Below, piece by piece: positions 39,059 to 49,733 of a DNA stretch of 64,000 nucleotides. Each line of letters opens with the position of its first letter. Position 1 is the first letter of the stretch. This stretch comes from Sedimentisphaerales bacterium (GTDB taxonomy: Bacteria > Planctomycetota > Phycisphaerae > Sedimentisphaerales > SM23-30): NCBI GenBank assembly GCA_963666285.1, contig OY762711.1. One strand, written 5' to 3'. Position numbers and translations under genes: made by a program. Under the pieces are notes generated by a model. That model did no database searches. It was not told where the DNA came from and saw nothing but the letters and a program-made list of their open reading frames with translations.

Positions 39059-40957
39059 CTATTTAACACCGACAATCGCATCGAACTTACAAACGTCAGC
39101 ACATGTTCCACATTTGATACATTTATCAACATCAATCTTATATGGTTTCTTGATCTCGCCGCTGATAGCATCAACCGGGCATTTTTTGGCACATGCGGAA
39201 CAGCCTTTACACAGTTCAGCGATAATTTCCGGTTTGGCCAAAGCCTTGCACTGACCTGCGGGGCAGTATCCATCGATGACATGAGCATCGTACTCATCCC
39301 TGAAGAGCTGCAAGGTTGTTAATACAGGGTTTGGAGCGGTCTTGCCGAGCCCGCAGAGCGAGCCGAACTTGACTGAACGTGCGAGGACTTCAAGTTTTTC
39401 AATTGTCTGCATGTCGGCTCTGCCCTCGATAATATCTTCGAGCAGCATAAGCATCTGCCTGGTACCTTCACGACAAGGGACACACTTTCCACAAGATTCG
39501 TTCTGGGCGAACTGCATGAAGAAATGTGCGATTTTGATCATACAGGTGTTTTTGTTCATAACAACCAGTCCGCCGGAACCTACCATAGCGCCAATGCTCT
39601 GGAGCGAGTCGAAATCGAGCGGCAGGTCGAGGTGGTCTTTGGTCAGACATCCGCCAGAAGGACCGCCAACCTGTACGGCTTTGAAGCCATCTTCCATGAT
39701 ATTACCGGAATCGTCGGTAATACCGCCGCCAATATCAAAGACAATTTCACGTAGCTTGGTGCCGAAAGGAACCTCGATCAGTCCGGCGTTAGCGACATGG
39801 CCTGTCAGAGCGAATGTCTTGGTGCCGGGAGAGGTTTCGGTACCAACGCTGCGGAAAGTTTCTGCACCGTTGGAGATTATGTATGGAATAGTGGCAAGAG
39901 TTTCGACATTATTGATAACGGTAGGTTTGTCCCATAGCCCTTTTTGAGCCGGGAACGGAGGTTTTGGTCTCGGCATGCCACGCTGACCTTCGATAGAAGC
40001 GATAAGAGCGGTTTCCTCGCCGCAAACGAACGCACCAGCACCTTCCATAACAGTACATTTAATACTCTTGCCGGTGCCGAAGATATCGTCGCCGAATATG
40101 CCTTTCGCCTCGGCGTCAACAGCAGCCTTGCGAACTCGCTGAACCGCAAGCGGATATTCAGCACGCACATAGATATAAATCTCATCGGCTTCGATAGCAC
40201 GCGCGGCAATCATACAGCCTTCGAGTACGCGGTGCGGGTTACCTTCCATAAGAGAGCGGTCCATAAACGCACCTGGGTCACCTTCGTCACCATTACAGAT
40301 AACATATTTCTTTTCGTTCTTTTCGACCAGAGTCAGATTCCATTTGAGCCCGGTGAGGAACCCACCGCCGCCACGGCCGCGCAGCCCTGATTTCTGGACC
40401 TCGTCGCATACTTCCTTCGGAGTCATTTCAGTGTATGCCTTGCAAGCAGCCTGATAACCACCGATAGCGAAATATTCTCCGATATCTTCAGGGTCGATCT
40501 GGCCGCATTCGCCGAGAATAAGGCGATTTTGACGGGCATAGAAAACGACATCGTCAGTAGTTTCCTTTTTCTCACGAGTTGCCGGGTCAACATAAAGTAA
40601 TCTTTCTACAGGTTTGCCGTTGATTACGGTTTCAGTAACAATCTCGGCAGCATCTTCGGCTTTGACATGGGTATAGAAGAATCCTTCAGGGTAGACAGTC
40701 ACAAGCGGACCGACCTGGCAGAATCCCTGGCAACCACTGCCAGAGACATGTACAGTTCCATCCTCACAAGGCTTGAACTCAACCATAGCCTTAACGCCAT
40801 TAGCCTCGATAGCCTTTACCAGTGCATCTCTGACCTCATTAGAACCGTTGGCGACACATCCGGTACCGGCACAGACTACTATTCGCTTACCAACCTTTGC
40901 CGCAGCATCGGTATAGCTCTGGCAGGCTTTTTTCAAATCATCTATCGTCTTTATCAT
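39059..40957 (-). CDS. hydB: NuoF-like NADH/FMN-binding hydrogenase subunit
   Basis: SGLRGRGGGGF, CNGDEGDPGAFMDR, GAGAFVCGEETAL, ESCGKCVPCREG, 2x4Fe-4S tail. Confidence 0.95.
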   Translation of the reverse strand: MIKTIDDLKKACQSYTDAAAKVGKRIVVCAGTGCVANGSNEVRDALVKAIEANGVKAMVEFKPCEDGTVHVSGSGCQGFCQVGPLVTVYPEGFFYTHVKAEDAAEIVTETVINGKPVERLLYVDPATREKKETTDDVVFYARQNRLILGECGQIDPEDIGEYFAIGGYQAACKAYTEMTPKEVCDEVQKSGLRGRGGGGFLTGLKWNLTLVEKNEKKYVICNGDEGDPGAFMDRSLMEGNPHRVLEGCMIAARAIEADEIYIYVRAEYPLAVQRVRKAAVDAEAKGIFGDDIFGTGKSIKCTVMEGAGAFVCGEETALIASIEGQRGMPRPKPPFPAQKGLWDKPTVINNVETLATIPYIISNGAETFRSVGTETSPGTKTFALTGHVANAGLIEVPFGTKLREIVFDIGGGITDDSGNIMEDGFKAVQVGGPSGGCLTKDHLDLPLDFDSLQSIGAMVGSGGLVVMNKNTCMIKIAHFFMQFAQNESCGKCVPCREGTRQMLMLLEDIIEGRADMQTIEKLEVLARSVKFGSLCGLGKTAPNPVLTTLQLFRDEYDAHVIDGYCPAGQCKALAKPEIIAELCKGCSACAKKCPVDAISGEIKKPYKIDVDKCIKCGTCADVCKFDAIVGVK

Positions 40958-41039
40958 TTTATCAGCTCTCCGCTTTATAATAGGTAATAGGTATTAGGTT
41001 TCAGGACAGTTTACGCCTGACGGCGAAACAGCCCCCATA

Positions 41040-41555
41040 TTATCCCTGCTCCTTAGCAATAATTTCATCAACCAGAGCCACAGCTTTGTCTTCGGTCAAT
41101 AAACCATGCACCTTATCATTTATCGTAATAACAGGTGCCAGCCCACAGGCCCCAAGACAGGATACTGTTTCGACAGTAAACATCATGTCGTCAGTAGTTG
41201 TCTTTTCGTCAGAAAGCTCGAGCCTTTTTCGTATAGCTACCAGTAAGTTTTCAGTGCCTTTGACATGACAGGCAGTACCATCACACAGGCGGATAACATA
41301 CTTACCCTTGGGCTCGAGAGCGAAATGACCATAGAAGCTGGCGACGCCATATACCTTGGCCGGCGGCAGGTCGAGCGAGGTTGCAACGTATGCCAAGACT
41401 TCCTGAGGCAGATAGCCGTACTCTTTCTGCACTTCCTGCAGGATAGGTATCAGCTTGGAAGGTTTATTACCATTTGCCTTGATAATTTCACATACCTTAT
41501 CATACTTTCTGATTTTTTCTTTTTCATTTGCACAATTACATTTGCACTGTTCCAT
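41040..41555 (-). CDS. hydC: NuoE-like 2Fe-2S hydrogenase subunit
   Basis: CDGTACHVKG and CLGACGLAP. Confidence 0.95.
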   Translation of the reverse strand: MEQCKCNCANEKEKIRKYDKVCEIIKANGNKPSKLIPILQEVQKEYGYLPQEVLAYVATSLDLPPAKVYGVASFYGHFALEPKGKYVIRLCDGTACHVKGTENLLVAIRKRLELSDEKTTTDDMMFTVETVSCLGACGLAPVITINDKVHGLLTEDKAVALVDEIIAKEQG

Positions 41556-41718
41556 TTCTACGGTCTCCTACCAGAAGTAATCTGGACTTTCCCCAGCCAA
41601 TCAAGCGGCCGGATGACTTATCAATTGTAAACTTCATGCACAAACCATAAAGGTTTGCCGATACTATAATTGAGGCTACTCTATAGGTACCCTTAAATAT
41701 TTACATGTAAAAATTTTG

Positions 41719-42915
41719 CTATATTAGTTTATAACTGGCTAATTTGAGGTACTTATCCTTTAAGACATTAACCAGCTGCTTTATCAGGTTACGCCGGATA
41801 TCAAGCTCAACCGGCAAGTTCGGGTTCTGGTGAGCATTGTTAATCCTGGTGCCAACAATGAACTCGATAATATCACTTTCCAACAGGTACTTTGCCAGGC
41901 AATCGGCAGCATCTTCCTTACGCTTCTCGGTAAACTTATCATCCTCAAGCAGTTTTAACACTTTGTTAAGTGTGATAGTGCCTTCGGTAACAAGGTCGAC
42001 GCCTGAAATGCGGCTGGCAGGCGGTACATCATCGCTCATAAGGCTGAGGTCAACCTCTATCTGTCTGCCCAGTTCCCGGGCAACTATGTTGGCGGTTGTA
42101 CCGCCACAGATAATCTTTCTACCTTTATACTTATCAAGCATTTGTGCCATATGTCCGTCAACTTCCTGCTGATATGGCGGGCCGGTCATTACAATGGTCT
42201 TTCGCGGCCTACGGAAGTTAATAACGGCACAGGTTGTATCGTCATGCGGATGGTCGGTATCGCATTTGACCGCCCTATCCACCACCATACGTGACAGCTG
42301 TCGGGCAGAAATATCAGTATTTTCAGCACAAGCTTTTTCTACCAGTTCTCTGAGCCCGGTATCGCCCCAGCCAAGCGGGGTATCAGATCTGCCCATGCCG
42401 GCCTGAGTTACGCCGTCGCTAACCAGTACAAGCCTTTCTCGTTCCTGGGCCTTGAAGCTGCTAAAGTATAATTTTCTAGAAAGCTCTGCCTTACTGTCGA
42501 AGACAATCTCAGTCTTTTGCAGTTCGACACAACGGTTACCGTTAACCAGGACAAAAGGCGGATTGTCATATTCGATCATATTGACAACACCGTCGGTCCG
42601 GATATCGGCAATAGTAAAGGTTGAATAGCCTATTTTTCTAACGCTGCAAACCGGTAAAGTAGAGGTAATAATCTCCGCAGCTTTTTTTATATCCACGTTG
42701 CTGCTGACAAACTTCATCGCCATGGTAGCTGTGAGGGTAGCCAGTACACCGGCTTTTACGCCGCTGCCAAGCCCGTCGGCCAGAACGCAAACAATATGAC
42801 CATCTTCGCCACGGTGAGAAACGAAAATATCTCCGGGCGTACGATAGCCATATTTACATTGCTGATAATGGCCAACCTCGATAAAAGGTTTCTTATTGTC
42901 AACTAACCATTCCAT
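41719..42915 (-). CDS. SpoIIE/PP2C-type Ser/Thr phosphatase (HfsC-like)
   Basis: LADGLGSGVKA, SDGVTQAG, DDTT; position after the sensory hydrogenase. Confidence 0.88.
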   Translation of the reverse strand: MEWLVDNKKPFIEVGHYQQCKYGYRTPGDIFVSHRGEDGHIVCVLADGLGSGVKAGVLATLTATMAMKFVSSNVDIKKAAEIITSTLPVCSVRKIGYSTFTIADIRTDGVVNMIEYDNPPFVLVNGNRCVELQKTEIVFDSKAELSRKLYFSSFKAQERERLVLVSDGVTQAGMGRSDTPLGWGDTGLRELVEKACAENTDISARQLSRMVVDRAVKCDTDHPHDDTTCAVINFRRPRKTIVMTGPPYQQEVDGHMAQMLDKYKGRKIICGGTTANIVARELGRQIEVDLSLMSDDVPPASRISGVDLVTEGTITLNKVLKLLEDDKFTEKRKEDAADCLAKYLLESDIIEFIVGTRINNAHQNPNLPVELDIRRNLIKQLVNVLKDKYLKLASYKLI

Positions 42916-42941
42916 AAGGCCTTGCCTTAAAATAACCTACT

Positions 42942-43122
42942 GTGCGGTATCGCACTCTTGACTGTTCAACATTACACGCAAAGTCCGGAACAGGGCCTTG
43001 TGAATGAAAAACTTTTCATTTATTGTATTTTCGAGCTAACTCTCGAAAGTATTTTTAATTCCAAGCGTTGCAGGAAGGCCCTTTCAGGCGATTTTTGCAA
43101 CTTAAAAACTGTGAAAGTAAAC
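42942..43122 (+). repeat. Four-hairpin dispersed element, copy B (full length)
   Basis: Fills most of the hydS-phosphatase intergenic space; aligns end to end with 49734-49916. Confidence 0.92.
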
Positions 43123-44820
43123 TTACTTAAACATATTTTTAATAGAGTCCAGAATAACCTCAGAATCAGCGGCATTTTCGCCTAGCAGAAATGCGATCTT
43201 CTGTACTGTTTCAAGGTTTTTATCAATAACTTCCTGAGCCTTTGCCAGGATCTGCTCTTTCTGGACCACAGGTTCAGTGACATCTTTAACAATGGCACCA
43301 ACCAGCATTTTCGGTTCAACGGTGAAAATTGTAATGTCAAGCACCTTGCCATTATGCCTGATATTCTTTTGCAGCTTTTCCAGTTCCCGTTCGAAAACAA
43401 TCTTGAACGGTTCATAGAACGGAACAATTTTTTCGAGTCTTGCACCGGCAAGTCCGGGACAGTTCTGAAAAATAATTTCAACATCTTCGCCGAGCAGCTC
43501 GGCAAATTTCCGGTTACTATCGACCACACATAAATCGTGGTCAACAATAACAACTCCGCTGGGCATAGTACTTATCAGCGCATCAACTTTCTTGTCTGCC
43601 AGTTTTCGCATGTAGCCAACACACATAGTTTTTTCAGCTTTACCAGCCAACAGAGCACGGGCAAAGGCACGACAAGAATCGTAACCGCAACCGCCGCAAT
43701 TGAGTTCATCCTGTATGGTTGTCTTGCCAACCCTGGCAAGTGCTTTCCTGATATCGTCTTCAGAAAATCGCAATTCCCTGACAACAGGAGCAGTATAAAG
43801 ACAGCTTATATCCATTCCAGGTTTACGAGGGATCTCAGCGGTATCTGTAGTAGCACTGTCAAGTACCTTATGACGTTTGATGACAGTATGTTCACAATTG
43901 GCAGAACCGGGTCCGTTAACACAACCGCCCTCACAGGCAAGCAGTTCGACCAGAACAGATCTGTCAAATTGTTTTCCAGCCAAACCGGCCAAAGCGTGCA
44001 TAACAGCTTTCAGCCCGGAAAAGGCCATGAAGTCGGTATTACTTACAGAACAGTCGGCTTTGATACCAGCGATCATACCGCCGTCAACGGGATACAGAGC
44101 GCCCTCGGCGGCATCGCGAGGGACGAACTTATCATCCTCGCCAGGTTCGATCTTAGCGGGGTCAATACCTTCAACCTGCCACCATTGTCTTAACGACTCA
44201 AAAGTGAGAGCGACATTGAGTAAATCCTTATTTTCGTCAGATTCGTTTTTCTTGGCAATACAAGGGCCAATAAAAACGATACCAATATCATTACCATATT
44301 CCTGCCTTAACATTTTGCTATGCGCCAGCAGCGGAGAATATACATTGGTAATATTATCTTTAAGCTCCGGATAGTACTTCTGGACCAGATCGGTAATAAC
44401 CGGACAGGCCGAAGAGAGATACAAACCGGGCTTTTTATTGATCATTTCTGCAACAGAGGCAGAAACTTCCTGGGCACCAAGAGCAGTAAGAGAAACCCCG
44501 GCAAAGCCCATAGCTTTCAGGGCAGCAATAATCTGGCCGTTGCTGTATTCCGGGAATTCGGCAATATAACTGGGCGCCAGAGAAACAAAAGTACGTTTTT
44601 TGAGTTTTAGCAGAAGCCTGACACGTTCCAGGTCATTGCGTACCTTTTTGGCCTTAACCGGGCAGATTCTGACGCAGTGTCCACACTGGATACATGCTTC
44701 CGGAATAATCCTGGCATGCCCATCCTGTATGCAGATAGCTTTAACCTTACACTCACGCAGGCATTTGTAGCAATCCTGACATTCAGCAATCTCGGTATAT
44801 ACAGGTTGTAATAAATCCAC
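43123..44820 (-). CDS. Putative sensory [FeFe]-hydrogenase with PAS domain (HydS/HfsB, group C)
   Basis: 2x4Fe-4S; variant H-cluster motifs SSACP, GPCIAKKNE, ELLACEGGC; CGGCGYDSC FeS; C-terminal PAS. Confidence 0.9.
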   Translation of the reverse strand: MDLLQPVYTEIAECQDCYKCLRECKVKAICIQDGHARIIPEACIQCGHCVRICPVKAKKVRNDLERVRLLLKLKKRTFVSLAPSYIAEFPEYSNGQIIAALKAMGFAGVSLTALGAQEVSASVAEMINKKPGLYLSSACPVITDLVQKYYPELKDNITNVYSPLLAHSKMLRQEYGNDIGIVFIGPCIAKKNESDENKDLLNVALTFESLRQWWQVEGIDPAKIEPGEDDKFVPRDAAEGALYPVDGGMIAGIKADCSVSNTDFMAFSGLKAVMHALAGLAGKQFDRSVLVELLACEGGCVNGPGSANCEHTVIKRHKVLDSATTDTAEIPRKPGMDISCLYTAPVVRELRFSEDDIRKALARVGKTTIQDELNCGGCGYDSCRAFARALLAGKAEKTMCVGYMRKLADKKVDALISTMPSGVVIVDHDLCVVDSNRKFAELLGEDVEIIFQNCPGLAGARLEKIVPFYEPFKIVFERELEKLQKNIRHNGKVLDITIFTVEPKMLVGAIVKDVTEPVVQKEQILAKAQEVIDKNLETVQKIAFLLGENAADSEVILDSIKNMFK

Positions 44821-45166
44821 CTGAGCACCTCTGGTGTAAAACCCTGCCAGTTTACAGGCAAGGCGACACTATCGTCTGTTAACGTTTCATCAGCCTGATA
44901 TAATGACCAGGCAAAACAGTCAGCGCGCGGAATCTCCGCACAACTTCTATTCTATACTTAACACAAAAAATAATTACGACAGGTCCATATCTACTTACTC
45001 TATCTAATTACTTATCGGAGCCTATCTAATTTCTACTATCTCTATCCACTTATCAATAATTGTATGTTATATGGCTATAAAATTTTTAATTACAACCATT
45101 TAATAAAAAAATCAATAACTGAGGCATAAGTGACATCCCCAATGTCGCGCCCCATATTCAAGCTAT

Positions 45167-45445
45167 TTAACCACTTGCCTTATCGTCTTTATTAACATAG
45201 TACTTTACCAGGTCAATAAGAACACCAGGAGTAATACCTTTATGTCTTTCATTGTTTATAATAACATTTGGCCCATCCTGACAGTTACCTTCGCAGAGAC
45301 TTCCAGAAATATCAACAATATCATCAAGGTTATTGTTTTTAACATATTCCTGTAATACTTTGAGGGCCTCTTTACTACCCCTTGAAAAACAGGAGCTGCC
45401 AAGGCAAATACAAACTTTAATTTTACCTGGGTGTTTATTGTTCAA
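45167..45445 (-). CDS. Thioredoxin-like (2Fe-2S) ferredoxin (HfsA-like)
   Basis: ICLGSSCFSRG...LCEGNCQDGPNV. Confidence 0.85.
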   Translation of the reverse strand: MNNKHPGKIKVCICLGSSCFSRGSKEALKVLQEYVKNNNLDDIVDISGSLCEGNCQDGPNVIINNERHKGITPGVLIDLVKYYVNKDDKASG

Positions 45446-46100
45446 GTTCTATCGCTCTCTGTTTTAACAGCTTCGATGTTTTCCTGGACAAAACCGCCAG
45501 CGACGCAGCCAGGTCAACTCTTTCAACAATTACATTGTCCGGTAAATTCAGGTTAACCGGCGTAAAATTCCAAATACCAACAATACCACTTTCAACCATA
45601 CACTCGGCAACTTTCTGGGCCGCCTTTTGAGGTACAGCAAGCACCCCGATATGTATATTCATTCGCCTGGTAAGTTCTCCAAGTTTATCAATATGAAAAA
45701 CTTCAACTCCATTTATCTGTGACCCGATCCAAAGCGGATCGATATCAAAACCAGCGATAATTTTCAGTCCGTAGCTCTCAAAACCACGGTAGCCCATAAG
45801 TGCCCTGCCAAGATGGCCAACACCGATAATGAAAGCTTCATTATCATTGTCCCAGTTAAGGAAACTTTCGATAGCGGCAATAAGTTCAATAAGTTTATAG
45901 CCAACTCTCGGCTGCCCTTTAATGCCAAGGACCTCAATATCCTTTCTAACCTGGATGGCCTCCAGCCCCAGCTCAGCGGCAATGACCGTAGAGCTGATAG
46001 TTTCATCTCGCTTGTTGTGATACTTCTTAACTACCTGCAGATATTGAGGCAATCTCCTTATCGTAGGCATTGACACCTTTATCACAGTTTTGTCTTTCAT
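45435..46100 (-). CDS. rex: Redox-sensing transcriptional repressor Rex
   Basis: PTIRRLPQY, QVRKD, IGVGHLGRAL, GIWNFTP; ATG at 46100 with AGGTGA RBS. Confidence 0.95.
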   Translation of the reverse strand: MKDKTVIKVSMPTIRRLPQYLQVVKKYHNKRDETISSTVIAAELGLEAIQVRKDIEVLGIKGQPRVGYKLIELIAAIESFLNWDNDNEAFIIGVGHLGRALMGYRGFESYGLKIIAGFDIDPLWIGSQINGVEVFHIDKLGELTRRMNIHIGVLAVPQKAAQKVAECMVESGIVGIWNFTPVNLNLPDNVIVERVDLAASLAVLSRKTSKLLKQRAIELEQ

Positions 46101-46175
46101 AGCATTCACCTTTTTAACGGTTAAGGTTAAAGAAGTATGATGCAAATACGCCAGCACCACCTCAATCGATACCCT

Positions 46176-46204
46176 ATTATCGATAATATTTTATCTATTG
46201 TCAA
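46176..46204 (-). promoter_or_regulatory. sigma70-type promoter of rex
   Basis: TTGACA-17 nt-GATAAT. Confidence 0.65.
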
Positions 46205-46437
46205 GTTTTATTAGGTATTTTTTTATCGATTGAACTGGAGTTCTTATTACCACGAGCCGCAAATTCAATATATCAACTTGCATTATATGGACTTACAGAC
46301 ATTTCTACAAAAATACAATTTTGCCCTAATAGTGAAAATATTAATTACACCCTTGTGAAATATAAGACAATTAGAGTGTGAAATAGAAGAAAAACGGCCA
46401 GTTAGGACAAACAAAAGACAGCACGAGGTACATATTA

Positions 46438-47754
46438 TCATTTCAACCTGGCTTTGAGAGTAATATAACAGCCGATCATGCCGGCAGCAAAAATCACCAG
46501 CCAGCCAATACTATAATTATAACACTCAACATTATTCGAAGTACTACAGCCAAAAGCTTTCACAATAATCGCTACAGCATTGCCCATAACAAATGTTGTA
46601 ATGCCGGAAATAAACAGAAGCCCGGCGTTGACCGTCCCCCTTTTCCTGGAAGGCACAAACTCGAAAATAAGAGGCCATAAAGTAATAAAGCCAATATGTT
46701 CTGACGCTGCGTTAACAACCTGGAAGCAGACAATTTCCAAAATTTTTGGCGTCGGATTGATAAAATTTACATATATCCAAAAAGCCAGCGGATGCAAAGT
46801 AGATATTATTATACAGATGAGAAAAAGCCGCCATCGATTTATACGATTGACAAGAACGGCCGCAAAAGGCAAAGTAATGGCAAGAGTAGTAATCATTGTA
46901 AGTGAATGAATATTACCCAAGGCCTGCTTTGACAGATGAAACTGCTCAGTTACCATAAGCGGCCAGATACAGCCGAGCTTCACCCGCATAAGAGATGATG
47001 CCAATATCAGCAAGTATAGATTTTTATATTCTTTTTTGGCAAACAAAGACGAGAAAATGTTTTTGAATTTTAATTTATTGAGTTTCTTTTTAAATTTAGG
47101 CTCTTCCTTGATAAACATTAGCAGGAAAACAGTGCCAATTGCGAAAAAAGCAGCCAAATAGTAGATAAGCTGTTCGCCGGTCAGCCCGGAGATGAATGAC
47201 TTACCGGTCATAAACGCATCTTTACCACCACCTTTGCCTTTCATGCCTTTGTCGAACTGGCCGATAAGGAAATACATAAAGAACAACCTAGCCAAAATCG
47301 AGGTATAGCGATTGATTATCATACCATATTGCCTTTTTTTGTCCGGGACAATATCGGCGTACAAAGGCTGCCATAAACTGCTGAACCCAACATCTACACT
47401 CAACTGATAGAAAATGATTACTACAATAGTAAGTGCCAGAGTATTGGTATTGGGCAGAATAAACAGGCATATCGCCAGCAGACAGAGTCCGGGCAGCATG
47501 AAAGGCTTTCGCCGACATCCAATACTATCACTAAGATAAGAAACAACAGGGGCAAGTAAAATGCCAAATAAAACATTTATACTTGTGACCAGTGCAATAG
47601 TGAGCGGATCATGAGTAAATTTTTTCAGAGTAAAAACAAGTGCAGTACCGCTGCACTTTTCGATAAACGCGTACATTCCGGGAGGGTAGGCCATAATGAC
47701 CACCCAGCTCCACGGAATGTTATCGCGATTTGGTAAGAGCTTAGCCATAATCAA
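46438..47754 (-). CDS. MFS transporter
   Basis: ~12 TM; SYLSDSIGCRRKPF loop motif; start 47754 or 47748. Confidence 0.85.
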   Translation of the reverse strand: MIMAKLLPNRDNIPWSWVVIMAYPPGMYAFIEKCSGTALVFTLKKFTHDPLTIALVTSINVLFGILLAPVVSYLSDSIGCRRKPFMLPGLCLLAICLFILPNTNTLALTIVVIIFYQLSVDVGFSSLWQPLYADIVPDKKRQYGMIINRYTSILARLFFMYFLIGQFDKGMKGKGGGKDAFMTGKSFISGLTGEQLIYYLAAFFAIGTVFLLMFIKEEPKFKKKLNKLKFKNIFSSLFAKKEYKNLYLLILASSLMRVKLGCIWPLMVTEQFHLSKQALGNIHSLTMITTLAITLPFAAVLVNRINRWRLFLICIIISTLHPLAFWIYVNFINPTPKILEIVCFQVVNAASEHIGFITLWPLIFEFVPSRKRGTVNAGLLFISGITTFVMGNAVAIIVKAFGCSTSNNVECYNYSIGWLVIFAAGMIGCYITLKARLK

Positions 47755-47859
47755 AAACTTTATAAGATAGAAAATAGAAGTCAGATCGACGCAATATAGC
47801 TATATGTGAGGAGAATTACACAGTGATATATATTACGCTTAAGGCAAAGGAGATTCATA

Positions 47860-48693
47860 TTAACTCACACGAACCCTGTTTTTCCTGATCATGACAAGCC
47901 CGGAAAAAGTTAACAAACACATAACAGACGGTTCAGGTACAACAACATCCAATATTGCTCCCTGGTCACGATATTTATTTTTTGACGGGTCTGCATTATG
48001 CTGAACATATGAAGTAAAATTGAAACACACCTCATCATCTTCCGGCAACAGAAGCAGAGACAGTTCCTGACCGGAATAAAGAACATCAATCAGATCCTGG
48101 TTGGTTAGAGATAATGAAAAAGAATAGAGTTCTGGGCTACCGTATGGATTAGCAGCATCATAATAAAAAGTATCAAGCAGCGTCGGTTCATTATCAGCTA
48201 ATATATCCTGCAAGCTGTTATAAGTAACACCAACCGTTGAAGTCGCGTCAGAGGAAGGTGTGCCGGAACCGATCTCCCAGTCACTGGTCATAAGGTAGAC
48301 ACCAAAATCACCACTATGCCCAAGATAATTAAAAATATCAAAGGCGCTTCTGTTACCATTAGATATATTCAAAGTTAGAGTCAGCTCACTAACATTCATG
48401 CCGGCAATAGCTGAAGTATCAAACTTCAAAATAGAGTCGAATTCACCTTTGGGTTCATCGTCGATTCCCTCAGAGACACTGTATGCACTGGCAGAAGCAG
48501 CAGAAACACATCTAGAGCCGGAACCACCGTAGTTATGGTCAGCGGCATTGGAAAAAGAGTTTCCACTACCCGGATTGAGAACGAAAGTCTCAGCAACCGG
48601 TCTTAATTCAATAGAGGTACAACGAGCAACCTCAGCTACTGATAATAACAAAGAAACAGCAGCTATACTTGTAATAAAAATATTCTTTCTCAT
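47860..48693 (-). CDS. PEP-CTERM secreted protein (DNRLRE-like beta domain)
   Basis: Signal peptide; C-terminal VPEPSVMCLLTFSGLVMIRKNR. Confidence 0.85.
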   Translation of the reverse strand: MRKNIFITSIAAVSLLLSVAEVARCTSIELRPVAETFVLNPGSGNSFSNAADHNYGGSGSRCVSAASASAYSVSEGIDDEPKGEFDSILKFDTSAIAGMNVSELTLTLNISNGNRSAFDIFNYLGHSGDFGVYLMTSDWEIGSGTPSSDATSTVGVTYNSLQDILADNEPTLLDTFYYDAANPYGSPELYSFSLSLTNQDLIDVLYSGQELSLLLLPEDDEVCFNFTSYVQHNADPSKNKYRDQGAILDVVVPEPSVMCLLTFSGLVMIRKNRVRVS

Positions 48694-48710
48694 GATTCCA
48701 CCTGCCTTTC

Positions 48711-48788
48711 AGTGCGATATCGCACTTTTGACTGTTCAACATTCCCCACAAAGGCCGGGACATGGCCTCGTGAATGAAAACCTACATC
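48711..48788 (+). repeat. Four-hairpin dispersed element, copy C (first two hairpins only)
   Basis: AGTGCGATATCGCACTTTTGACTGTTCAAC...CACAAAGGCCGGGACATGGCCTCGTGAATGAAAAC. Confidence 0.88.
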
Positions 48789-49715
48789 TTAATTATATTT
48801 TGGTCGGACAACACGACTGCCGCCTTTTATGCTGTATATCATCTTTCCCCACTGGAAAGTTTTAACGGTATCAAAAATAGTATTTTCCTCAACATGGCAA
48901 TCAGCATAGGCAAAACAAGACAGCTCTTTATCAGCGCCATGATTTCTGCCGACCCAATCGAGCCTGCTGGGCTTTATCCTATTTGGAGTTGGAACTTCTG
49001 AAAGAGCAGCAGTTGTAACCTGTCGGAATAATCCGTTTTTGAGGCAAACCTTTTCACTATCCTGCCGGACAAGATTGAGATCGTAACGGTTGTTACTGCC
49101 GGTACTGATTCCACAGAAGCCATGAACGGGCAAGTAACTACGGCAATTACCGTCCTTATCGAGAAATCTCCAGTCCGGATTCCACTCGGTAAGGGTAATT
49201 GTCATAGAAGTTGACTTTACTCTACCGGCAGCGACATACCTGGAAGGACTGGCGGTTCCGTTAAGTCCATAAGTAAAATTATCTTCAGGGAAGATAGCCT
49301 GATTGACAGTATAGCTGCATCTTTCGGCCTGAAGATCAATAATATCCTGAGATTTGGCGATCTGGCCTTCTTCAAGATTATTATAATCGGTATTCATTGG
49401 CGGCAACCCGCCGGATGGTATGGACGGACAATGAAAAACATTATCATTAAAGCCCGTTTTTGCCAGTATGCCAGAAAAATGTGTAATCTGACCAGTGCCA
49501 GAATTATTCAGATATGCCGGAGGATAATAGCTATGTTCCGCAGTATAAGCAGAAACACTCTGCATAATGCCATAAAGATTAGTTTTACACACAAGCCTCC
49601 TGGAAGCTTCCCTGATATTTGCCAGCACAGGCATCAGGATAGACAGCAACAGTGCTATAATAGATATGACTACCAGAAGTTCAATTAGTGTAAATGCCTT
49701 GTCTCTACTTTTCAT
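48789..49715 (-). CDS. Prepilin-type N-terminal / DUF1559-like protein
   Basis: AFTLIELLVVISIIALLLSILMP; FHCPS; C-terminal NH...AYADCHVE (variant of the H-X9-DG motif). Confidence 0.88.
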   Translation of the reverse strand: MKSRDKAFTLIELLVVISIIALLLSILMPVLANIREASRRLVCKTNLYGIMQSVSAYTAEHSYYPPAYLNNSGTGQITHFSGILAKTGFNDNVFHCPSIPSGGLPPMNTDYNNLEEGQIAKSQDIIDLQAERCSYTVNQAIFPEDNFTYGLNGTASPSRYVAAGRVKSTSMTITLTEWNPDWRFLDKDGNCRSYLPVHGFCGISTGSNNRYDLNLVRQDSEKVCLKNGLFRQVTTAALSEVPTPNRIKPSRLDWVGRNHGADKELSCFAYADCHVEENTIFDTVKTFQWGKMIYSIKGGSRVVRPKYN

Positions 49716-49733
49716 TTTATATCTCTCTCATTT

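Noticed and set aside
39059..41555. Respiratory complex I nuoEF
   Set aside because: Adjacent to an H-cluster subunit with no membrane nuo genes; these are HydB/HydC
42942..43122. c-di-GMP-I riboswitch (ACGCAAAG motif) for the dispersed element
   Set aside because: Lacks the GGCAAAC...GAAA stem and tetraloop receptor, and the motif is antisense to the adjacent genes
42958..43185. Similar short ORFs at 42958, 49712, 49797 and 36540
   Set aside because: Their similarity comes from the non-coding dispersed repeat; frames are not conserved between copies
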